From Octopus vulgaris (lineage: Eukaryota): 64,000 bases of DNA. Below, piece by piece: positions 12,930 to 25,955 of this stretch. The translations under genes and the position numbers were made by a program. Positions within the stretch are counted from its first letter, which is position 1. Each line of letters opens with the position of its first letter. The notes under the pieces were generated by a model. That model worked only from the letters and a program-made list of their open reading frames with translations. It made no database searches and was not told where the DNA came from. The stretch lies in NCBI GenBank assembly GCA_951406725.2, contig OX597838.1, forward strand, positions 18,476,001 to 18,540,000, read 5' to 3'.

Positions 12930-13246
12930 GTGACGTATATTTGCCATTTGAATATGGCTAACCCCTAAGGGTCAATGCTACTGTAGTTTGTAGCCCCAGG
13001 AGGACACCTCCTCCAGCTGGCTATAGACACACTTTCTGTGCCCTATCAGTATTTGCAAAGGGAAGCCATCCTTCCCGTCTTCAACTTATGATACACACGG
13101 ACTCGAGTTTCAGGGTATTGACCCGTCATCGGCGTGTGGCAATCATAGTTGTCGATGAGCCAGCTGGAGGAGGTGTCCTCATGGGGCTACAAACTACAGT
13201 AGCATTCACCCTTAGGGGTTAGCCATATTCAAATGGCAAATATATG

Positions 13247-13250
<4 letters not shown>
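12930..13250. repeat. 93 bp inverted repeat (3 mismatches) with 135 bp spacer
   Basis: Arms 12930-13022 and 13158-13250. Confidence 0.9.
13094..13138 (-). ncRNA. Type I hammerhead, family D
   Basis: CACACG-CCGAUGA-C-GGGU(CAAU)ACCC-U-GAA-ACUCGAGU-C/CGUGUG; palindromic helix III, GUC site. Confidence 0.75.
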
Positions 13251-13302
<52 letters not shown>

Positions 13303-13309
13303 AGGACGA

Positions 13310-13585
13310 ACAACTGAAACATCATGAAGCGGAGGCTAGGGTTTTTTGGCCACGTCATGTGTCGGGATGGACTTGAGCGAACGATCATAACTGGCAAGGT
13401 GAACTGGCAGACGTAAAAGGGGCAGACCACCCCCACTTCTTGGCTGAAAGACATCGCTGCCACAGGATTGTCTTTATTCTCAGCTGTCCACGGGGAAGAA
13501 GAGGACAGGAGAAGGTGGCAAGACATCATGATGACCACAGCATCGCATAGTGCGACACCTGACTAGGATGATGATGATGACGATG
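13310..13585 (+). mobile_element. 3' end of an RTE-clade LINE
   Basis: IMKRRLGFFGHVMCRDGLERTIITGKV...RGRP..SWLKDI...DRRRWQ, then (GAT)n tail. Confidence 0.8.
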
Positions 13586-13615
<30 letters not shown>

Positions 13616-13618
<3 letters not shown>

Positions 13619-13883
13619 AATTAATCAAAATAAAAACATGATGCCAAGGATTCAGCGGTACATATGTTTCGGGCCTTTATTAGACGGATTTATAACAATG
13701 CATAATGTATGTCTGTGGCCTTCTTCAGCCGCGCACAACAACTTCCACAAGGACATGTGTTACATCAAAAATTCTTGGTTGGGGATGCATACATTATGCA
13801 TTGTTATAAATCCGTCTAATAAAGGCCCGAAACATATGTACCGCTGAATCCTTGGCATCATGTTTTTATTTTGATTAATTTAC
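13616..13883. repeat. Perfect 96 bp inverted repeat with 76 bp spacer
   Basis: Arms 13616-13711 and 13788-13883. Confidence 0.9.
13655..13732 (-). ncRNA. Type I hammerhead, family E
   Basis: GCGG-CUGAAGA-A-GGCC...GGCC-C-GAA-ACAUAUGU-A/CCGC; palindromic helix III, GUA site. Confidence 0.75.
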
Positions 13884-14214
13884 TCCACCACCTACACCAC
13901 CAAACGGTATATACAGGTGCTTACAATTATCAAGTACTCACCCCGAATTTCTATATATATATGTATGTATATGGAGGAGCAGATAGAGAGCCGACATCTG
14001 ATGAAGGGTCCTTTGTGTTTACTTGTTCTGTTCTCCATTTTGTTTTCGTTGTTTACGTATTTCATGTTGTGTTTGAAACGTTGGTGACGTCCTGTACCCA
14101 TATGTGCATGTATATAAATACACACACACACACTATATATACTATATATCATTTACTATTTATTTTACATATACATATCTGCACTTTTACTAAAGCTGCG
14201 AAACCATCACAAGT

Positions 14215-14252
14215 CTGTTACTCAGAGTTTCACGTTCCCATTCGTCGGATAG
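14215..14252 (-). ncRNA. Minimal hammerhead, family G (partly decayed)
   Basis: CUAU-CCGACGA-AUG(GGAA)CGU-GAA-ACUCUGAGU-A/ACAG. Confidence 0.6.
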
Positions 14253-14792
14253 CTGTGATGAAAACTGAATTAAAATTCTGATGGTACATATAATATGGTG
14301 TGATGTAATTCAAATGCAAAAATACGCATTTAAATTTGATTGAATAGTTGATATTCCAAGCATAACAGTATGATATTTGCTACCAGTTGGGTGTTGGGTG
14401 TTGGGGTGAAAATTACCAGTAAGGTGTATATATAGATATAAATATTATATTTGTAAAAAATACAAATCCTTGCTCAGAGCAGAGGATAAGTCCAGAAAAG
14501 GATTAATTGATTATATTTAATTGATGATAATTAATTGATAGTAAAGTAGAATCGCAAGGCGGCTGTTAAAAAAAATGGGATAAAAGATAAGTGATTATTA
14601 AAATTAATGAAAAATTCAATAACGAATATTAAATTAAACTTGCGTATCTGTACGTAGGCATATGCAAAGCTGACGTATGTATACACGTTTGTGTATGTAT
14701 ATGTGTGCGTGTATGTATCTATGTGTTTGTATGTAGGTATAGTGCCATGACTGAGTGTATCTACATATGACTTTGTATGTATGTATGTATAA

Positions 14793-14825
<33 letters not shown>

Positions 14826-14859
14826 TATGCCGTTGTCTATGTTTTTATCTCTCTTTACT

Positions 14860-15065
14860 CTCTTTCACTCTTTTTACTTGTTTCCGTCATTTGACTGCGG
14901 CCATGCTGGAGCACCGCCTTTAGTCGAGCAAATCGACCCCAGGACTTATTCTTTGTAAGGCTAATACGTATTCTATCGGTCCCTTTTTGTCGAACCGCTA
15001 AGTTACGTAAACACACCATCATCGGTTGTCAAGCGATGTTGGGGGTACAAACACAGACGCACACA

Positions 15066-15145
<80 letters not shown>

Positions 15146-15310
15146 CATATACATATATACGACGGGTTTCTTTCAGTTTCCGTCTACCAAATCCACTCAC
15201 CAGGCTTTGGTCGGCTCGAGGCTATAGTAGAAGACACTTGCCCAAAGTGCCACGCAGTGGGACTGAACCCGGAACCATGTGGTTGGTAAGCTAGCTACTT
15301 ACCACACACC
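14860..15310 (-). mobile_element. SINE family 2
   Basis: Family match with expanded internal (CA)n(TA)n. Confidence 0.85.
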
Positions 15311-15694
15311 CTCTCCCGGAAATATTTAATTGTAACTGTATATTCGTTATTGAATTTTCCATTTATTTTCATATCCCATATTTTTAACAACCATCTTGCA
15401 ATCCTACTTCACTATCAATTAATTATTACCAATTAATTAATTAATCCTTATCTAGACTTACCCTTGCTCTAAGCAAGGTTTTCTCCAATTTTATCATAAT
15501 ATTTATATTTATATATACATTTATAGTAATTTTCACCACCATCTCTAAACACCCAGACGGTAACGAATATTATACTGTTATGTTTTGAAAATCAGCCAAC
15601 CAATCAAATTCAAATGCTTATTTGTGTGTTTGAATCACATTACATCATACCATATTACATCTGCCATCAGAATTTTAATTCAGTTTTCATCGCA

Positions 15695-15734
15695 GCGGTC
15701 TGAAGAACGGGAACGTGAAACTCTGAGTAACAGC
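15695..15734 (+). ncRNA. Minimal type I hammerhead, family G, canonical core
   Basis: GCGGU-CUGAAGA-ACG(GGAA)CGU-GAA-ACUCUGAGU-A/ACAGC. Confidence 0.75.
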
Positions 15735-15818
15735 CTTGCAATAATTTTGCAGCTTTAATAATGGTATATTACTCTGTCTTTGTATTAAAGAACTTTTTTT
15801 TCTACCTAGCTTTGCACG

Positions 15819-15867
<49 letters not shown>

Positions 15868-15874
15868 AAACACT

Positions 15875-15915
<41 letters not shown>

Positions 15916-16267
15916 AATCACTCCTGTCACAACCTGGGACGTTGAGGACTGCTTTAATGCAACAAAGTATATTAGTACCTTAATATTTGATATTCAATAT
16001 TTCATCTATTCAATAAGACAATCAATACTTCATTTCAGTATACTACACTATATATACTATATATTCTATATTCTACATTAATATTATAAAGAATATAAAT
16101 AAAACATCAAAAACAGAGTTGGATTTTCTTTGAATAATATATATCCCTCTATACACAATCATACAAACACATTTATATATATATATAGTCAGACGCCATG
16201 ATAGATCCTTAGCTACTACACACATTTTTTTCTCTCCTTGTTTCTCTCCTTGTTTTCTTTCTGTGTA

Positions 16268-16305
16268 TCTTTCTGTAGAAGAGCGTAGGCTCGAAACGTA
16301 AAATA
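16268..16305 (+). ncRNA. Hammerhead-like motif, family B (A6U core)
   Basis: UUU-CUGUAGA-A-GAGC(GUAG)GCUC-GAAAC-GUA/AAA in element 16190-16398. Confidence 0.55.
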
Positions 16306-16393
16306 CTTTTTCTATTCCTGAGCGCAATAACAATACATCTGTTTGTTTGTACACCACCTGCCTTCGTCTTTTGTTTATTTTAATAAACTTTCC

Positions 16394-16512
<119 letters not shown>

Positions 16513-16517
16513 CAGAT

Positions 16518-16611
<94 letters not shown>

Positions 16612-17072
16612 CTGTGGTTGCTAAATTCTAGCCAGTCAGTAAATACCTTACAGTTGCTGCTGTGAATCGCCAATATTTACATTAATAGTCTCTCGATTTC
16701 GTAGCTTCTATCAAACAAAAAGCTGACCCTGTCTTTTAATAGAACTTGCATTATAGTTATTTTTGTATAGTTCCTTTTCCCGATCTATTTATATATAAAT
16801 ACTTCTGTCTGGGCCATATTTATTTTTTTCTTTTGTGAAACTATTTGAGGAAAATGTTTCTCTTTTATGTCACTGAGAATTTGGATATGAATATTTTACA
16901 TATATATTGATACCTTTGTCATGAAGAAAGTTTGTGTCTTTACAAACTCTTTCAGTGAGTCCTGATGAAATTGAGAATTTTTAATGGGTTTATTTAAACA
17001 TGAACAAGTAATATGAACTCAATAGTGGGTGTCTAGGTGAGCTAAGGAGTTTCTAGAATATAATGGCTTTGG

Positions 17073-17470
17073 AAGGCGGCGAGCTGGCAGAAACGGTAGC
17101 ACGCCGGGCGAAATACTTATCAGTATTTTGTCTACCGTTACGTTCTGAGTTCAAATTCCGCCGAGGTCGACTTTGCCTTTCATCCTTTCGGGGTCGATTA
17201 AATAAGTACCAGTTACGCACTGGGGTCGATATAATCGACTTAATCCGTTTGTCTGTCCTTGTTTGTCCCCTCTGTGTTTAGCCCCTTGTGGGTAGTAAAG
17301 AAATAGGTATTTCGTTTGCCGTTACGATCTGAGTTCAACATTCCGCCGAGGTCGACATTGCCTTTCATCCTTTCGGGGTCGATAAATTAAGTACCAGTTA
17401 CGCACTGGGGTCGATACTTGTCCTTCTTTATTCCCTCTATGTCTAGCCCCTTATGGGCAATAAAGAAATA
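17073..17470 (+). mobile_element. SINE family 1, head plus two tandem units
   Basis: Family match. Confidence 0.85.
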
Positions 17471-18480
17471 ATTTTTTAATTGAAGAGAAAATTATATAAG
17501 AGATAAAAAAATTTTATCTGAAAAAACTGACTTTCCGGACGAAAACGTCAAAATTTCATGGTCGATGACGGTCGCCTTGCAGTTGTTCGACTGGGCTAGA
17601 TTGTTTTTATTTATTTATCTATTTATTTATTTATTTTTGTTAACTGGAACAAGACACGGGGTGGGAGCTAAACTTTTAGAAAGTTGAAAAATAAGGGCCT
17701 CTCTAACGTACACACGTACACACTGACGCACACCCACACACGCACATGCACAAACACACGCATGCATGCACACACACAGAGGCATACATACACACACACA
17801 CACACATAAGCATATCAGCTCCCATCACTCGAACGCACTTTCATTTGTACACGCGTGTGTTAAAGAATGAGTGTGCCAGCGCAGGCCGCTGTGTGTGTTC
17901 TAGATAGAAATAAATGAGAATCTTGGCCACGTTGGAAAGTGTAGTCCCAGAATAATAGACAGGCTATGTTTGATTGAAAGTGAAAGTAACCACAATTGGC
18001 AGAAGATCTTTGATTAGCTCTCCATCATTGCAGTTATCCCGAAGCTAAACACGAACAAGAAATCTTACATTTGTGGGACTAATGAATTTGTATTAACATA
18101 TATACAATGTTACAAATAATTGAATAGACCAGAAAATAGTGCAACGAAGACAGGAATTGTTACAGCATATTTTGTACCAAGACACATGATTGTTAAAACG
18201 GCGCTTTGGGCTATAAAACTTGGAATAACAAATGTAAACTGTGGTGGGGGTGGGGGTTGGGGGTTTAAATAAGGGAATCAATACGTGGAGAATGAGAAGA
18301 AACGTGAAACCACATTGTTTGTAGTTGATTGGTTTCAGTAGAAACGGGTTACTATAATGATGATAATGTAAGTATATCTATATATGTAACTGAAACTCTT
18401 CTTCCTTTCTTCGCCTATCGCAGATTGCTGGAATAGTTCGATACTGTAGTAAGTCATGCCTCACGCCGATTCTTATCAGC

Positions 18481-18528
<48 letters not shown>

Positions 18529-18554
18529 GATTGAAAACAAGGAATTGGTGTTTT

Positions 18555-18835
18555 AAGCCTGGTAAATAGTCTATCGGTGTATTTTGCCGAACCGATAATT
18601 TACGGGCACGTAAACAAACCAACACCGGTTGTCAAGGTGTGGTTGGGCACGAGCACAATCACGAAGACACACACACACACACACACACATATAAGACTGA
18701 TTTCTTTCAGTGTCCATCTACCAAATCCACTGACAAAGCTTTGATCGGCCCTGGGCCTATTGTAGAAGACATTGTCAGTGAACCCAGATATATTTAGTAC
18801 AAAACATAACCTCTTATCACCCAGCCACGCCTGCG
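18555..18835 (-). mobile_element. SINE family 2, decayed
   Basis: Family match. Confidence 0.65.
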
Positions 18836-18854
18836 CACACACACACACACACAC

Positions 18855-18919
<65 letters not shown>

Positions 18920-19139
18920 TATATATAAACAAACTATGGAAGCGTCGAAAGTGTCTGGTACTTTACAGACAAGAAAGTAACTTTCGAATGCATTAAAGCT
19001 AGATTAGCCAGAAGTTTCCAGCTGGCGGGTACGGGAATCGAACCACAGGTTTGTAAAATACTATATAATACATACATACATACATACATACATACATACA
19101 TACATACATACATACATACATACATACATACATACGTAC

Positions 19140-19170
<31 letters not shown>

Positions 19171-19197
19171 CATACATACATACATACATACATACAT

Positions 19198-19249
<52 letters not shown>

Positions 19250-19450
19250 TTATATTATATTATATTACTCTTTTCCTAGTTTCAGTCACTTGACTGCAGC
19301 CACGCTGGAGCACCGCCTCCAGTCGAACAAATCGACCCCAGGACTTATTCTTTATAAAACTAGTAGTTATTCTATCCGTCTCTGAAACGCCAAGTTACGG
19401 GGACGTAAACACACATCAACATTGGTTATCATGCGATGGTAAGAGTACAA

Positions 19451-19548
<98 letters not shown>

Positions 19549-19639
19549 ATAAGAGGATGACGAAGGTTGGTGAAGAAATGAATAGACACATTTGTTAAAC
19601 ATTAATCGTCCCCCAGGTAACATCAATATTTACTCCATT

Positions 19640-19852
19640 AAGGCGGTGAACTGGCAATAAACGTTAGCACACCGGGCGAAATGCTTAGCGGTATTTCCTC
19701 TGTCTTTACGTTGTGAGTTCAAATTCGCCGAAATCGACTGTTCCTTTCATCCTTTCGGGGTCGAGAAATTAAGTACCAGTTGCGTAGGGAGTCGATCTAA
19801 TCGACTGGCCCCCTCCCCAAAATTTCGGGTTTGGGCCTAGAATAGAAAAGAA
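19640..19852 (+). mobile_element. SINE family 1 variant
   Basis: Head and Meta-like domain with alternative tail. Confidence 0.8.
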
Positions 19853-20773
19853 TATTCACTCAATTCAGAAAATCGCCCCTCTGAGAAAATCAAATATACT
19901 TGGAAGAGGAATGTCAATCAAGAAACATCTTTGTAGCGTCATTAGACAGACAGTGAACCCTCGGCTCTAATGGTTTTAAACAGAAAGCTCAATAAATGTA
20001 TTAAAAAATAGCACTCTGAGCAAGTATTCCACTGACGCAGGAGTAAAGTAAAAAAAATCTTGTAACCATAACTATTGAGAATATAGATGTTTGGTAAAAG
20101 TTTTAGTATTGCAAACATGTTTTAATATGATCAAAAGAATATCAAAACGCAAATATCACTGTTAAATTTATACATTTATACGCCATTAGACAGACAGTGA
20201 AATATATTAACACATACGATCAATATTAATATTACGTCAATGATCAGTCACTAGCAGTCTATGCTCTTCTGTCGTCTGCACTTATTGAATATAGAAGATG
20301 TAAGATGGCTTGCAGAGTCGTTCTGAATTTTGAAATGATTGATGTTTGATCTACTTCTAACACCAACTTACAATGAATAACACGTGTCTAATCGAGAGCT
20401 AATTAAAGCATCAACTAGGATTTCGCTATTTAATTGGAAATAATGCAGAAATTTTCCATTTTGTTCAATCATTCTTTGATTCGGAGATTGAAGAGATACA
20501 AAGTGGTCTTCATTTCATTGAGTTCTCTATAGAAATAAAGTGAAAAAAAAATCTAAAATGGATGCAAACGTAATTTATAGAATTAACTTAATGAAACATT
20601 TTATCAGATTTGTTAAACGTGTCATCAGTCTGCCGGGAGTTGAATATATACTTAAATTAGATATATTTCGGTGCAGCTTGAGTGGGCTCCGTGTGTTTTA
20701 TTGTGTCGTCTGCTCTGCGTCGTGTTCTACATTTTCCCTGTACTGAAGGTATGCGCGTGTGAGTGAGCGGTAC

Positions 20774-20810
<37 letters not shown>

Positions 20811-20836
20811 CATACATACATACATACATACATACA

Positions 20837-20888
<52 letters not shown>

Positions 20889-20895
20889 CATATAA

Positions 20896-20944
<49 letters not shown>

Positions 20945-20965
20945 CATATATTTATATACACACAT

Positions 20966-21022
<57 letters not shown>

Positions 21023-21067
21023 AGAGAGGAAGCTGACAGACAAATCGAAACAGACAGACAGACTGAC

Positions 21068-21142
<75 letters not shown>

Positions 21143-21404
21143 TGACTGACACACAGACAGATAAATAGACAGAGAGAGACAGAGAGACAGTCAAACATGC
21201 AGACAGACAGACAGATTTGACATCTTTATTAAACGTAATTAAGTACAGTCAATAGTAATGCCAAGTCTACCACCGCCGCCACTACAATCGTCATTTCCTG
21301 CGCCATTGACGATATTACTAATCTCAACTTCACCAACACGATTACCATCGCCTCACCCTGGCCATCCCTCTTCACTTTCTCTATGACGAACGACACCATC
21401 GCTA

Positions 21405-21860
21405 CCTTCACCACCATCACCATCACCACCACCACCATCACCACTCACCACTCATCATCACCATCATCACTGTGATCACCATCATCACCATCACCACCAC
21501 CATCACCATCACCATCACCGCCCCCATCACCATCACCACCATCACTATCACCACCACCACTACCATCACCACCATCACTATCACCATCACCACCATCACT
21601 ATCACCATCACTATCACCACTGCCACCACCATCACTATCACTACCATCATCACCATCACTATCACAACTACCGTCACCATCACCACCATCACTACCACCA
21701 CTATCATCACCCCTACCAGAATTGCTAACATCGCAAACATCACCACTACGACCATCACCAGGACCGCCACCACTAGGTCCACCACCTTCAGCTTTTCCAA
21801 CACCATCCCTACCACCACTATCGTCATCACTACCCACAATAACAACCATCACCACTAACA
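21405..21860. repeat. (ACC/ATC)n degenerate trinucleotide repeat
   Basis: Direct reading. Confidence 0.9.
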
Positions 21861-21942
21861 CCGACAACAACGCCTCCATCGCCACGAACATTGTAGTGCG
21901 ACTGTACAACCAGAAACCCTTTGATAATATACAACATGGGTG

Positions 21943-22152
21943 AGGCAGCGAGCTAGCAGAGTCGTTAGCACGCCGGGCGAAATGCTTAGCGGTATTTCAT
22001 CTGTCTTTATGTTCTGAGTTCAAATTCCGCCGAGGTCGACATTGCCTTTTATCCTTTCGGGGTCGAAATTAAGTACCAGTTGTGTACTGGAGCCGATCTA
22101 ATCGACTGTCCTCCACCCACAAAATTTCGGGCCTTCTGCCTCGAGTAGATAA

Positions 22153-22203
<51 letters not shown>

Positions 22204-22380
22204 AGCGGCAAGCTGGCAGAATCGTTAGCACGTCGGGCGAAATGCTTAGCGGTATTTCGTCTGGCTTTATGTTCTGAGTTCAAATTCCGTCGAGGTCGAC
22301 TTCGCCTTTCATCCTTTAGGGGTCGAGAAATTAAGTACCATTTGTGTACTGGGGTCGATCTAATCCACTAGCCCCTACCC
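21943..22380 (+). mobile_element. Two adjacent SINE family 1 variants separated by (ATT)n
   Basis: 21943-22150 and 22203-22380. Confidence 0.8.
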
Positions 22381-22469
22381 TAAGTTCCACAATCACTGGT
22401 AGCTGCTACTGAACACATAACCAAGGTATAGCGAACCGCTTTATTATTCGATGTGGTAGCAAAGAAATC

Positions 22470-22745
22470 AAATTTGGTGATGGTAGTGATGGTGGTGGTG
22501 GTGGTGTTGGTGGTGGTGGTGGTGGCGGCGGCGGCGGTGGTGGTGGTGGTGGTGGTGGCGGCGGCGGCGGTGGTGGTGGTGGCGGCGGCGGCGGCGGTGG
22601 TGGTGACAACGGCGGCGGCGGTTATAGCGATGATAATGATGGTGATGGTAGTGATGGTGGTGGTGGTGGTGGTGGTGGTAGCGACGATGATGATGACGAT
22701 GGTAGTGATAGTGGTTGGTGGTGGCGGTGGTGGTGATAATGATAC
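22470..22745. repeat. (GGT/GGC/GAT)n repeat
   Basis: Direct reading. Confidence 0.9.
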
Positions 22746-23125
22746 TGGAGTGGGAGTAATTACATTACGAAAAAAAAGGTACCCTGCAGAGCAACAGCTA
22801 GTTAGTACTCATTGTGCTAACCTCTTTATCATACCTGCTCTCATCATATAGTGATTATACTAAGGAAATATCCAACGTCTTTCCTTTCTAGGCGGCTTGC
22901 AAATCTATGGTCCATGAATTAACAACTTGATGAGTTCAGATGTCGATGCCATGGTTTAGGAGAGGGAAAACACGTGTCCTTATCTTGAATATGAACGGTT
23001 TGATAATACAGCCTTTACATTCAAGTGAGAGCTACATTAGTCAGGAAGAGAATGTCAGGCATTGTGACCCAGTAATAAGAGCAGTTAAGAAATAAGTTCG
23101 ATTCCAGGCAGTGACCTGAATAATG

Positions 23126-23216
<91 letters not shown>

Positions 23217-23224
23217 TAATAATG

Positions 23225-23291
<67 letters not shown>

Positions 23292-23645
23292 ACTAAAATA
23301 AAGCCTGTTGTCATAGGTGCCCTAGAAATGATAGCGAAAGGGGCTGATTGCTACCTAGCTCAGATACCAGGAAACCCAAAAATGGCAGAAATTCAAAAGA
23401 TAGTGCTCATGGGAACTGCTCATATCCTACGCAAAATACTTTCTATGTAATCGCAAGTTTTAAAACAAACATAATTTTCTTTTGGTTTCTTAAACATTCA
23501 CTAGTACAACACTGAGTACAAAACCAAATATATGGCACCCTAGGCATAACACCAACATGAAATTCCAACTTGTTATCTCTTGAGGTCTCTGGGTGAGACT
23601 TGGCGCCAACTTGTACAAATGTAAATCAATATTCAAACATAGAAT
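23292..23645 (+). mobile_element. 3' end of a second R4/Dong-like LINE
   Basis: PVVIGALEMIAKGADCYLAQIPGNPKMAEIQKIVLMGTAHILRKILSM* (stop 23448-23450), homologous to ORF 10037-10276; (AAT)n flanks. Confidence 0.8.
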
Positions 23646-23751
23646 AATAATAATAACAAGAACAAGAACAAGAAGAAGAAGAAGAACAACAACAACAACA
23701 ACATTGAAAAAATACTTAGGAATGAGAACCCAGGATCGAAATTTCCCCAAT

Positions 23752-23795
23752 ACACCTGATGAAGGCTGGAGGGTATAACAGCCGAGACGTTGTGT
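23752..23795 (+). ncRNA. Type I hammerhead, family A (GAAA mutated to GAGA)
   Basis: ACAC-CUGAUGA-A-GGCUG...CAGCC-GAGAC-GUU/GUGU. Confidence 0.7.
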
Positions 23796-24244
23796 TAACA
23801 ACAAACAAGATGAGGACATATATCCATCAAATGTAAATAATGTAAAAAAAAAAATGAAACGTACATACATATAAACATGTACGCAAATACATGCATTCAT
23901 ACATACATGCGTGCATAAATACATACAAACAATTATACGCAGACAATTTAATTATAGATACAGAAACACAGCCATGCAAAACGTACGAATACACATATAT
24001 AGATGCACACGCTCATACTTGTGTGCGTTGTGTGTGTGTGTGCATGTGCGTCTATGTGTGTGTGCGTGTGTGTATGTGTGTGTGTGTGTGTGTTTGTGTG
24101 TACGTGCGTGCGCCTGTGCGTGTGTGCGTGCATATGTGTGTGTCTAGAGACAGCTAGATTAATGGGTAACTAGAGAAAGAGACAGAGAGACAGAGAGACA
24201 GATAGATAGATATGTTGTTTTATTGGCCACACAGGGCTGAACAC

Positions 24245-24344
<100 letters not shown>

Positions 24345-24781
24345 GTACATAAATTTATACCAACGTACATATATTCATGCATACATATATACAAGATATA
24401 TGTTACACAGCTTAGCAGTTTACGATAATTGAATTTTTGACCTTGTAAAATAAAACACACCGGTTACGTGTTAGTTATCTTCTCAACAGAGAATAAATAC
24501 AAAGTGAATAGTCTGTTAGAAGCCTATTAAAATAAATATATTGAACTACGCTGTTGATTGTAATAAAATAGAATATGGAAGAATAATTTCACAGCCAACA
24601 CACATATGTATAATTATAGACGCACAAACACAGCCATGTAGACATATGGGTACACATCTATGGACGCACACATATTTGTGTATTGTGTGTAGGGAGGTCG
24701 TATGTGCGTGTATATGTGTGTGTTAGTCTAAATAGATAGATGGATATACTGTCAGACAGATAGACAGATAGATAGATAGAT

Positions 24782-24837
<56 letters not shown>

Positions 24838-25087
24838 TGATAGATAGATAGATAGACAGACAGACAAACTGAAAGACAGACATATAGTTAGATAGATAGA
24901 TAGATATGTTTCTTTATTAGCCACACAGGGCTGAACACAGAGGGGACAAATTACAAAGAAGAGCTTTTCTTTTGGGGGAGAAAAAAAAAGGGGGGGTCAG
25001 GTTTTCGATTAAAAAGGATCGTAAAAGAGGCAAACAGCTAAATAAATAGACAGATAGATACCTAGATTGACTGATAGACAGACAGAA

Positions 25088-25172
<85 letters not shown>

Positions 25173-25265
25173 TACACAGATAGACAGAGAGATATAGACA
25201 AAAAGAGACAGGCAGACAGACAATTAGACAGACAAGCAGACAGACAGACATACAGACAGACAGAC

Positions 25266-25346
<81 letters not shown>

Positions 25347-25829
25347 ATAAAGAATGCAGGCAGTTAGACAGATAGATAAACAATAATTCGTTGGATACAC
25401 AGAGAACATCAAGAATCACAATTATTACGCATCTAGTTCTGGCAGATTCGAATGTAAATGCCTGATGATTGCAGTTATTAGCTGTGGAATATCTCAAGAA
25501 TGAAAAAATACTTCATTGTTTGGATTCTCACTATTCTGCGCCCCGCCCCCACTACACGCACACAATGTAATATCTGTGTAGCAGACATATACACGCATCA
25601 GCCAGTTTTATTTTTTTTTTGCTAGTTCCTATAAACAAGGGCTTGTGCTCTTGTGTGTGATACGCCGGTCAGTGGTAGCTTTGAATGACGAGTAGCAGAA
25701 CGAGGTCGAAACACTGCAGTGTCCCGGTGAATCACGTGTGTCATGAACACACACTACGTCAAAGAAGAAGCTACATTATTTACATTGTTTACATTTGACG
25801 GATATTTGTCCTCATCTTGTTTGTTCTTA

Positions 25830-25874
25830 TAGCAACGTTTCGGCTGATATACCCTCCAGCCTCCATCAGGTGTC
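25830..25874 (-). ncRNA. Type I hammerhead, family A (decayed)
   Basis: GACAC-CUGAUGG-A-GGCUG...CAGCC-GAAAC-GUU; 3' strand of helix I mutated. Confidence 0.6.
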
Positions 25875-25955
25875 TTGGGGAAATTTCGAACCTGGGTTCT
25901 CATTCCTAAAGTATTTTTCGATGTTGTTGTTGTTATTATTATTATTATTATTATT

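Larger units (their letters stand above)
23095..23845 (+). mobile_element. Hammerhead-carrying SINE-like element (family A) split by a Dong-like insertion
   Basis: B-box-like AGTTCGATTCCAGGCAGTGACCTGAA, then (AAT)n, then body 23700-23845 ending in AATGTAAATAATGTA. Confidence 0.6.

Noticed and set aside
16950-17050. CTGATGA followed by ATTGAG/CTCAAT stem
   Set aside because: No GAAA after the stem and no clear helix I
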